From positions 42,722 to 106,721 of the forward strand of contig CACMUP010000001.1 of the NCBI GenBank assembly GCA_902616905.1: DNA of 64,000 nt. Direction: 5' to 3'. The translations under genes and the position numbers were made by a program. The DNA is from an uncultured Bacteroidota bacterium. Its GTDB lineage: Bacteria > Bacteroidota > Bacteroidia > Flavobacteriales > Flavobacteriaceae. Shown here piece after piece: positions 20,131-28,600 of this stretch. A model generated the notes under the pieces. It was not told the origin of the DNA. It did no database searches and worked only from the letters and a program-made list of their open reading frames with translations. How positions within the stretch are numbered: position 1 is the stretch's first letter; each line of letters begins with the position of its first letter.

Positions 20131-20995
20131 GGTGTTCGATAGCATTATAGATCCTTAAAATAAGTAAAGCAAAGCTAACACCTGTTAAAATTAAGATCAT
20201 TGTTAAATATCCTTCTGAAGAAAACGAAAGTCTTATTAAAATTGTAGCAATAATAAATCCTGTATTTCTTATTAATTTACTATACTCTTCTGTGTAGCGA
20301 AATGAAATAAGTAGAATTACTACATCAGCTAATATTAAAAGAGTAAAAAATTGATTGAAGAATAAGCTATCAAGTTTTGGAACTGATTGTTCATAGATTA
20401 TATCGAATATCCATCTAAAAAAGGTTGAAAACAACATAATTGCTAAAACTCCAAATAGAACTACACTTACTGTTTTTTTGGAACTAATAAATTGGATTAA
20501 TCGTGAATCTTCCACAGATTTTTTTGGAAGCCTTTGTTTACTTTTATTAAACAAAAAAATAAGTAAAAACAAAAACAGGAAGCCAAGTAAGTCAGTCATT
20601 AGTTCAAGATTATGGTTGCTTGTAAACCAATTGTTAGTTAAATCCATTTGAGGTATATCTTTGAATATCTTACGAATAACAATAAGCGATATAATTTCAA
20701 ATTGTTTTGACACACAGGATGTAAACGACCTTGGCAAATAAAACAACAATAGATAAACTTCATAAATAAGAATCAAGGAAAAAGGAGTGTATATTGCGGA
20801 AATAGGGTCATTAAGTAGCTCCGGGTAAATAGGAGAAAAAATAACAAATCCTTGGGATTTGAGGAAAATTAGTGTTAGATGAATGAAAAAGCCTAACGCA
20901 GCTAAAATTAAAATTATTTTTTCAATAGTTTTTTGAACTGTGGGTGCAAAGACAAGAGCAAAAAGTTTCTCAAAAAAAGAATAAATTAAATTCAT
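20108..20995 (-). CDS. hypothetical polytopic membrane protein (295 aa)
   Basis: A long clean ORF with at least 7 hydrophobic segments and no motif I recognise. Its 3' end overlaps the folD 3' end by 23 nt. Confidence 0.6.
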   Translation of the reverse strand: MNLIYSFFEKLFALVFAPTVQKTIEKIILILAALGFFIHLTLIFLKSQGFVIFSPIYPELLNDPISAIYTPFSLILIYEVYLLLFYLPRSFTSCVSKQFEIISLIVIRKIFKDIPQMDLTNNWFTSNHNLELMTDLLGFLFLFLLIFLFNKSKQRLPKKSVEDSRLIQFISSKKTVSVVLFGVLAIMLFSTFFRWIFDIIYEQSVPKLDSLFFNQFFTLLILADVVILLISFRYTEEYSKLIRNTGFIIATILIRLSFSSEGYLTMILILTGVSFALLILRIYNAIEHPKINSTV

Positions 20996-21000
20996 AAATA

Positions 21001-21429
21001 TTAGGTAGCAAATAATTGGTCTATATTTTTAAAACTTTTAAACTCAAGTGCATTTCCTGAGGGATCATAAAGAAACATAGTCAATTGTTCTCCAGGTAAA
21101 CCTTCAAAGCGAAGGTATGGCTCAATTTGAAAATCAATATTTTTTTCAATTAATTTTTTGCTAAAAATTTGAAAAACATTCCAATTTAAAACAACACCAA
21201 AATGAGGTATTGGAACGTTTTTTCCATCTACCTCATTAAAATATTTTTGTCCTTTATGGGTTATATCTTCATGCAACACAAGTTGATGTCCAAAAAATGA
21301 ATAATCTGCCCATTCTTTGGTGAAACGACCAGGTTTACATTCTAGTTTATCCTCGTAAAAGTTTTTGGCTTCATCTAAGTTGCTTACCGGAATAGCCAAA
21401 TGAAAAGGTGCTAACAATGTCATTTTCAA
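21001..21429 (-). CDS. VOC (glyoxalase/bleomycin-resistance/dioxygenase) family protein
   Basis: 142 aa. PFHLAIPV.NLDEAK.FY...L.C.....W.D..FFGHQLV.H and ...DPSGNALEFK are typical of the VOC fold. Confidence 0.75.
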   Translation of the reverse strand: MKMTLLAPFHLAIPVSNLDEAKNFYEDKLECKPGRFTKEWADYSFFGHQLVLHEDITHKGQKYFNEVDGKNVPIPHFGVVLNWNVFQIFSKKLIEKNIDFQIEPYLRFEGLPGEQLTMFLYDPSGNALEFKSFKNIDQLFAT

Positions 21430-21498
21430 ATGTACATAATTTTAGTTATAGACAAATTGAAAATGGTATATTTGAGATTTTTCGAATTAACAATTAAT

Positions 21499-22113
21499 AT
21501 GGGAAAAGTAGATCAAGGGAAAGCATTACCGCTTATGGAAGAATTCTATACTATTCAAGGGGAGGGATATCACAAAGGAAGTGCAGCATACTTTATTCGT
21601 ATCGGGGGATGTGATGTAGGTTGTCATTGGTGCGATGTTAAAGAGAGTTGGGATTCACAAAAACATCCAACGACACCTGTAGATGTAATTGTTAACAACG
21701 CTATAAAATATAGCAATATTGTTGTTGTTACAGGAGGAGAACCTTTAATGTGGAATATGGACCCTTTGACAAGTAAATTACATAAAAAAAACATTCAAAT
21801 CCATATTGAAACTTCTGGAGCATATGATATAACTGGACACTGGGATTGGTTTTGTCTTTCGCCAAAAAAAAATAGACTACCCGTTCCTTATGCATATAAA
21901 CTTGCTAACGAATTAAAAGTAATTATTTACAACAATAATGATTTAAAGTTTGCTGAACAACAATCAAAAATGATTAATAAAAATTGTCATCTATATCTTC
22001 AACCAGAGTGGAGCAGAAGAGATAAAATCATGCCAATAATAGTTGACTACGTAATGCAAAACCCAAAGTGGAAAGTTTCACTGCAAACTCATAAATACCT
22101 TAATATCCCTTAA
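21499..22113 (+). CDS. queE: 7-carboxy-7-deazaguanine synthase (radical SAM)
   Basis: The ATG at 21499 gives MGKVDQGKALPLMEEFYTIQGEGYHKG.AAYFIR.GGCDVGCHWCD, which includes the CX3CX2C cluster. VVVTGGEP and the C-terminus ...WK.SLQTHKYLNIP are also present. The track ORF start at 21430 abuts the divergent VOC gene. Confidence 0.85.
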   Translation: MGKVDQGKALPLMEEFYTIQGEGYHKGSAAYFIRIGGCDVGCHWCDVKESWDSQKHPTTPVDVIVNNAIKYSNIVVVTGGEPLMWNMDPLTSKLHKKNIQIHIETSGAYDITGHWDWFCLSPKKNRLPVPYAYKLANELKVIIYNNNDLKFAEQQSKMINKNCHLYLQPEWSRRDKIMPIIVDYVMQNPKWKVSLQTHKYLNIP

Positions 22114-23294
22114 AAGTAAATTAAATATTTTTCTCTTACTTTTTTAAATTCATTTAAATCTTTTACCCAACTTTTACGAATTTCTATTTCATTTGTACCA
22201 TTTATCAGTTGTTGTTTTAACATTGAATTTCCTGCAATACGATTAAATCCATTTAAAAAAAAGGAATCAGGATATGGAAAATTTTGATACGCATCAATAA
22301 TCCATTCTAATTCTATTTTTTTTGGTGATGGGGCACTCGATAGATCTTTTCCGTAACAAATAGTATTGCTGTGTTTAGGGTATTTTGATCCAAAGTTAGG
22401 TTTAGGTTGAAAATAAAAATTTTTATTCTTGTATTTTGGATGGCCATAGATTTGAAATTGTAGTTCAGTTCCTCTTCCAATACTATAAACAGTAGGCTCC
22501 ATAAGGCACAAACTAGGGTATAGAGCTATAGCTTTAGAATTTGGAAGATTTGGAGATGGTCTTATTGGAAGTTCATAAGAAGTTTTACGGGTATAATTTT
22601 TTATAGGTATTATTTTTAATTTGACTTTTATTTCATTTTTTAACCACCCTTCTCCATTAATCATTTGAGCATATTCACCAATCGTCATTCCATAAACGAT
22701 TGGCACAGGGTGCATTCCAACAAAGCTTTTATGCTGGAATTCTAATACAGGTCCGTCTACATAGTGAATATTTGGATTTGGTCGATCTAGAACTATAAGA
22801 GGAATATTATTCTCTGCACAGGCTTCCATTACAAAGTGAAGAGTTGAAAGATAGGTGTAAAATCTTACTCCAACGTCTTGTAAATCAAATATCATAAGTT
22901 CTATTCCATTTAGTTTTTCAACTGAAGGTTTTTTGTTTTTTCCATATAGTGATATTATTCTGAGACCAGTTTTTTTGTCTATTTCCGTTTTTATTTTTTC
23001 TCCTGCATCAGCTTTTCCTCTAAAGCCATGTTCAGGAGCAAAAACTTTTTCAATCTCAATTCTATTCTTTATTAAATAATCCACTAAATGTTGATTTTTA
23101 TAAGAGTTTGCTAATGTACTGGCTTGGTGAGCAACAATCCCAATTTTTTTTCCTTGTAAATCAGAAATCAGTCCTTCTAATTGATTTATGCCTGGTAAAA
23201 CAACTTCTTGACAAAGTGAGGTAAAAAAACAAAGTGAAAGAACACAAAATAAAAATGTATTTTTGATGAAGAAATAATTAAATTTTTTTTTCAT
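22110..23294 (-). CDS. DUF1343 / NamZ-like exo-beta-N-acetylmuramidase family protein
   Basis: The ATG at 23294 gives the signal peptide MKKKFNYFFIKNTFLFCVLSLCFFTSLCQ. The body has G.V.HQ.S..........HLVD.L........VF.PEHGFRG.ADAGE, ...DLQDVG.R.YTY.ST, and RPSPN., typical of the DUF1343 family. Confidence 0.8.
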   Translation of the reverse strand: MKKKFNYFFIKNTFLFCVLSLCFFTSLCQEVVLPGINQLEGLISDLQGKKIGIVAHQASTLANSYKNQHLVDYLIKNRIEIEKVFAPEHGFRGKADAGEKIKTEIDKKTGLRIISLYGKNKKPSVEKLNGIELMIFDLQDVGVRFYTYLSTLHFVMEACAENNIPLIVLDRPNPNIHYVDGPVLEFQHKSFVGMHPVPIVYGMTIGEYAQMINGEGWLKNEIKVKLKIIPIKNYTRKTSYELPIRPSPNLPNSKAIALYPSLCLMEPTVYSIGRGTELQFQIYGHPKYKNKNFYFQPKPNFGSKYPKHSNTICYGKDLSSAPSPKKIELEWIIDAYQNFPYPDSFFLNGFNRIAGNSMLKQQLINGTNEIEIRKSWVKDLNEFKKVREKYLIYF

Positions 23295-24529
23295 TGAGGA
23301 TAGAATTGTTGTTTTTGCGTAGAATCCAAGGCCATAAACAACATAAAAATACACCTTCTGCACGAATTACCAATATTGCAACTATAGCTGTTGCTATAGG
23401 AATAGCTGCAATCTTAATAGCAATGTCAACTAGTAAAGGATTGCAAAAAGAGATACAAAAAAAAACAAGTGTTTTTAATGGTCATATATTAGTGACTTTT
23501 TTCGAAAATAATGAATCTCAAGTATCAGCCATTCCATTTAAAGATAATCCTGATTTGAGAAATAAGATAAAAACCATTAAGAATGTTACAAATTTACATC
23601 CTATAGCTTTAAAGGCTGGGATGTTGAAGAACAATTCTAAATTTGAAGGTATTTTATTTAAAGGGGTATCTTCAGAATTTGATTGGTCAATTCTAAAAAC
23701 ATTTATAATTGAAGGAAAATTTCCAAAACTATCAAAAAATATTAGCGATCAAATTTTATTATCGAAAGATATTGCTAATAAATTAAATCTAGAATTAGGT
23801 TCAAAAATTCAAGGATACTTCTATAATCAGCCATCTAATAATATGCCATCTAGAAGAACATTTACTGTTTCAGGAATTTATTCATCTGGTTTTCCTGATA
23901 TTGATGAAAATTTAGTTTACATAGACCTTCTTCAAATTCAAAAATTAAATCGTTGGAATGAAAATGATATTGGTGCTTTTGAAATATTTGTAGATAAATA
24001 TAGTGACATCCAAAAGACCTCAGACTATATCTACAACGAAATTCCATCAGATTTAAATAGTATTCCAATTAACCAAAGATTTTCAAGTATTTACCAATGG
24101 ATTGCACTATTCGACTTTAATGTTTTGATTATTTTACTTGTTATGCTAACAGTTGGAATAATTAATATGGCTACAAATTTACTCGTACTAATACTTGAGC
24201 GATCTAGGATGGTTGGACTTTTAAAGGCAATCGGTACTCAAAATATTACAATTCAAAAAATTTTTTTGTACAATGGGGCTCTAATAATGTTAAAGGGATT
24301 ATTTTATGGAAACTTAGTTGGGTTAGGATTTTATTTAACACAAAAACATTTTGGGATCATAAAATTAGATCCTTCTACATATTTTGTTGATACAGCTCCT
24401 GTATATATTTCTATTTTGGAGGTTATTTTTTTGAATCTATTATTTCTAACTATTTCTATAATAATACTTTGGATACCTTCTAAAATTATTTTTAATATAA
24501 GCCCTTCTAAAGTCCTAAGATTTAGATGA
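23294..24529 (+). CDS. FtsX/LolE-like ABC transporter permease
   Basis: 411 aa. An N-terminal TM (IATIAVAIGIAAILIA) is followed by a large periplasmic loop and three C-terminal TMs with the ...ILERSRMVGLLKA.G. motif of the FtsX-like family. No ATG is available. TTG at 23294 gives an N-terminus (M)RIELLFLRRI... of the length expected for this family. Confidence 0.8.
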   Translation: MRIELLFLRRIQGHKQHKNTPSARITNIATIAVAIGIAAILIAMSTSKGLQKEIQKKTSVFNGHILVTFFENNESQVSAIPFKDNPDLRNKIKTIKNVTNLHPIALKAGMLKNNSKFEGILFKGVSSEFDWSILKTFIIEGKFPKLSKNISDQILLSKDIANKLNLELGSKIQGYFYNQPSNNMPSRRTFTVSGIYSSGFPDIDENLVYIDLLQIQKLNRWNENDIGAFEIFVDKYSDIQKTSDYIYNEIPSDLNSIPINQRFSSIYQWIALFDFNVLIILLVMLTVGIINMATNLLVLILERSRMVGLLKAIGTQNITIQKIFLYNGALIMLKGLFYGNLVGLGFYLTQKHFGIIKLDPSTYFVDTAPVYISILEVIFLNLLFLTISIIILWIPSKIIFNISPSKVLRFR

Positions 24530-24572
24530 GGGTAAGACATTATAACTATATTTATTTACTAAAATTATATCT

Positions 24573-25550
24573 ATGAAATTTGCAAATTCAATACTCGAAA
24601 CAATTGGGAATACACCTTTAGTTAAGATTAATAAAATAACAAATGAAATAGATGCATTAGTATTAGCAAAAGTAGAAAGTTTCAATCCAGGAAATTCGGT
24701 TAAAGACCGTATGGCTTTAAAAATGATAGAAGATGCAGAAGCAGAAGGTAGATTAAAACCTGGGGGAACCGTTGTTGAGGGAACATCTGGTAATACTGGA
24801 ATGGGGTTGGCTTTAGCATCAATTGTAAAAGGGTACAAGCTTATTTGTGTTTCTACAGACAAGCAGTCAAAAGAAAAATTTGACATACTCAAAGCTGTTG
24901 GTGCTAAAGTAATAGTTTGTCCAACAGATGTTGAGCCAGATGACCCAAAATCTTATTATAGCACATCGAGAAGAATAGCTGAAGAAACAAACAATAGTTG
25001 GTATGCTAATCAATATGACAATCTTTCAAATACTGAAGCGCATTATCAAACTACAGGCCCAGAAATATGGCAACAAACCGATGGTAAAATAACTCATTTT
25101 ATAACAGGTGTTGGTACTGGTGGAACAATTTCGGGAGTAGGTAGGTATCTCAAAGAAAAAAATTCAAAAATTAAAATTTGGGGAATTGATACCTATGGTT
25201 CTGTATTCAAAAAATTTCATGAAACAGGAAAATTTGATAAAAATGAAATCTACCCTTATACAACGGAAGGAATAGGTGAAGATATTCTTCCTAAAAACGT
25301 TGATTTTTCAATTATTGATCATTTTGAAAAAGTGACTGATAAAGATGCAGCAGTATTTACAAGAAAGCTTGCTAGAGAAGAGGGAATTTTTGCAGGAAAT
25401 TCCTGTGGTGCAGCAATTAAGGGGGTTTTACAATTAAAAAAATATTTTAGAAAAGAGGATGTTGTCGTAGTATTATTGCATGATTCAGGAAGCAGATATG
25501 TTGGAAAAATATATAATGATCAGTGGATGAAAAAAATGAATTTTTTATAA
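24573..25550 (+). CDS. PLP-dependent cysteine synthase / cystathionine beta-synthase family protein
   Basis: ILETIGNTPLVK, ESFNPGNSVKDRMA (PLP lysine), EGTSGNTG and GVGTGGTISG. 325 aa with no CBS-domain tail. Confidence 0.88.
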   Translation: MKFANSILETIGNTPLVKINKITNEIDALVLAKVESFNPGNSVKDRMALKMIEDAEAEGRLKPGGTVVEGTSGNTGMGLALASIVKGYKLICVSTDKQSKEKFDILKAVGAKVIVCPTDVEPDDPKSYYSTSRRIAEETNNSWYANQYDNLSNTEAHYQTTGPEIWQQTDGKITHFITGVGTGGTISGVGRYLKEKNSKIKIWGIDTYGSVFKKFHETGKFDKNEIYPYTTEGIGEDILPKNVDFSIIDHFEKVTDKDAAVFTRKLAREEGIFAGNSCGAAIKGVLQLKKYFRKEDVVVVLLHDSGSRYVGKIYNDQWMKKMNFL

Positions 25551-25575
25551 TAATTCAATTATTTGTTAATAAAAG

Positions 25576-25598
25576 TGTTTACAACCATGTTTACAACC
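25576..25598 (+). promoter_or_regulatory. tandem direct repeat TGTTTACAACC x2 (12-bp period) upstream of the giant gene
   Basis: TGTTTACAACC at 25576-25586 and again at 25588-25598. It lies 90-112 nt upstream of the ATG at 25688 and just upstream of the candidate promoter. Confidence 0.3.
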
Positions 25599-25607
25599 TG
25601 TTAATTA

Positions 25608-25641
25608 TTGCTGATGTTAATAAAAAATATATATAAATTTG
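25608..25641 (+). promoter_or_regulatory. candidate Bacteroidota sigma-A promoter (-33 TTG / -7 TAnnTTTG) for the giant gene
   Basis: TAAATTTG at 25634-25641 is an exact match to the Bacteroidota -7 consensus TAnnTTTG. A TTG lies at 25608-25610. The ATG follows 47 nt after the -7 box. Confidence 0.35.
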
Positions 25642-25687
25642 TGTACAGATCATATAATATAGGGCAATTTATTACGTTCAATATTTA

Positions 25688-28600
25688 ATGCGGTTTGTGT
25701 TGAAAAGGCTTAATTTTTTTTTAATATTTACAATTCTTTTTGCAGGACATTTGTTCTCTCAAGATGAAGACATATCAATTGAAAATATATCAATTGTTGG
25801 TGGAGAGCCTTTATGCCCATCAGATTCTGTTCAATTTACTGTTACGATAAAAAACAACGATGGTGCTGTAGCAAATGATATATCAAATGATGACTTTTAT
25901 TTTCAAGTAAATGGACCAATAGACAGGACTCCACAGTTTTATACGATTAGAGCTGACGGGGCACACAATATAGGGGCTAACGCAAGTATTGTTTTAACAT
26001 ATCCTGCTGATTTTATTCCAAAAGCTGGTTCTAGCACCACAACACTAGACTTTTCTGATCACAATGGCCCATACACTATAACAGCTAGTATAACGATCCC
26101 GGGGGACCCTGATATTTCAAATAATGTTAGTACATCTCTAGACATTGACATCCATAACCCAACAAACCCAACACTAACAAGCAATGATAATACTCCTCAA
26201 AATCCAGTAATTTGCGCAGGTGATGAAATAATTTTTACTATTAGCCCTCCTTCTGCAACAGCAACTTATACTTTCAAAGTCAATGGAGGAATCGTTCAAA
26301 GTTTAGCAGGTGTAAATACGATAACATTTTCTTCTTTAGGTGGGGTAGGAAGTATAGCAAATGACGACGTAGTAACTTTTGACATGATTGATGCAAACGG
26401 ATGTATCACTAACTCCTCTACTGAGTCAATAACAGTCTCTGTATCCAATTTACCTACAGCAAATCTTACTGCGTCTGCAACCGATGGTCTTATTTGTTCT
26501 GTTGCTGGTGGCTCCCCAGTATCATTTACAGCTACTGGAGGAGTAAGTTTTACATGGTTTGTAAATGACGTATTTCAGGCTGGAGCTACTTTTTCAACAC
26601 TTACCAGAAATATATCAAATAATGATGTAGTTAAAGTCAGAGTATTTAATGCAAGCGGATGCTATGAAGAGAAGTCACTATCATTTACTGAAATGAAGCT
26701 AATAAACAACGGCAATATAGTCTTGGAAAATGCTTCTGATTCAAATATTTGTTCTGGAGAATCTCCATCAGGAAGAATTCTCGGCGATGGAACAGGTGGA
26801 AGTGTAATTGCAACTTCAACTTCTGGAACAATAAGCTACCAGTGGCAAAGTTCTACAGACGGTGGATTAAATTATTTTAATCTTGATGGTGCAAATTCTG
26901 CTAATTATCTTCCTACAAGTATTAGTACAACTACTCTTTTTAGAAGAAATGTGATTATCTCATCAGACACAACATCCTGTACATTTATTGGAGATGATAT
27001 TGTTACAATGAATAAACGCGATTCTTTTGATATCAATTTATCAACTAATGATGCAACAAATACATTTTGTCAAGATGAAAATATAATTGTTTCAGCAAAT
27101 ACTGGAGCTGCTACATATACTTTCATAGTAAACGCTACTACTATATCTGCAAATGTTACAACAAACACATTTTATCTAAAATCAGGCGCAACAAGAAATC
27201 TTGCTGCAAGTCCACCCATTATTCAAAATGGTGACAATGTTACAGTTCAAGTAACAGACAATTTTGGATGTACTAATCAACAAACAATCCCAATTGTAAT
27301 AGATGAAGTGGGTTTAAATCCTGGAGTTTCTACTGATGCCCCTGGTAATATTATATGTTTAGGAGAAAATGTTGAAATAGAGGCAACAGGCGGTGTGAGT
27401 TATACTTTTTTTATAAACGATACTGGTACCCCAGCTTTACCAGCTGAGGTTTCTGGAAATAAGTTTACAACAAATAGGTTAAATGATAGAGATGTTGTTA
27501 TTTCAAGAGTTTTTAATGCAACAGGTTGCTACATAGACGTAAATGAAACTTTTACTGTTTTATCACTTTCATCAACTGGATCCATTACTTTATCTGTCGG
27601 TGCTGACGCAAATTTATGTTATAATGCATCGATGGCAGGAGCATTAGATGGGGGTACATTAGGAGTTGGTGGTGGAGCGGCAACTACAACAATTGCCTCC
27701 GCAACAATTGGATATCAATGGCAGTCATCGGTTAGTGGAGGACCCTTTGGTGATATTGGAGGTGCTATCTCTCAAACTTACACACCAACCAATAATTTCA
27801 CAGTTCAAACCCGTTTTAAAAGGATTGCTTTTGCATATTATGACGCTAATGGGAATGGAGTTTTTGACGAACCAATATCTTGTGCAAGAACAGATTCTAA
27901 CATTATTACAATAAATCCAAAGGCTGATTTTGATGCATCCTTAGATACAGGTGTCGAAAATAATTCATTTTGTGCAGGAGAAATTATAACTGTTACTGCT
28001 CCAATAGGTGCAGATACTTACAGGTTTTTTGTAAACGATGCGCCATTAGGTGCTGCGGGATTATCAAGAAGTGTAACTGCAACAGCTGGTGATGGAGGTG
28101 TTCCAGGAGAATTTAACAATGGAGACAGAATAAAAGTAGAAGCTGTTGTTGATGGATGCACATTCACAGATGAAATTACAATGCTTGTTGACTTTTTTGG
28201 TGAACTAGCATCTGCTTCACTGAGTTCTAATGCTACTGCAGATACTTTGTGTTCTGGGAGTAATGTTGTCATCACAGCTGGGCCTCCAGTTCCTGGCTAC
28301 ACCTATGCTTTCACAATTAATGGAGCTCCAGCACCCCTTGCAGATGTTACGGATAATGTCCTAACAACAAATTCAATAACCCAACAGTCAACAGTTACCG
28401 TAATTGTTACTAATGCATCAGGTTGTACTGATACGGCATCCTTAACAATTTTTGTACCCAAGGTTGGTACAGCAGGAAACATTGCTGCTAATGCAGCTGA
28501 TCTTGTTCTGTGTTCTGGAGACAATATAGCAAATGATATAGCATCGACAAATAATGGAACACTTGATGCTAGTTCTTCAGCAGGTTCAGTTCTTACTTAT

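Noticed and set aside
25549-25563. A perfect AT-only palindrome, AATAATT-C-AATTATT, overlapping the cysteine-synthase-family gene stop. Considered as a terminator or operator.
   Set aside because: The stem is only 7 bp and entirely A/T with a 1-nt loop, so no stable hairpin can form. Such palindromes are expected by chance in DNA this AT-rich.
25714-25722. A T9 homopolymer within codons 9-12 of the giant gene, considered as a possible slipped-strand phase-variation switch.
   Set aside because: The run encodes the Phe-rich part of the signal peptide (NFFL). Comparable T7-T8 runs occur in the signal-peptide regions of neighbouring genes (for example 60961-60968), so it fits AT-rich codon usage. 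A single sequence gives no evidence of length variation.
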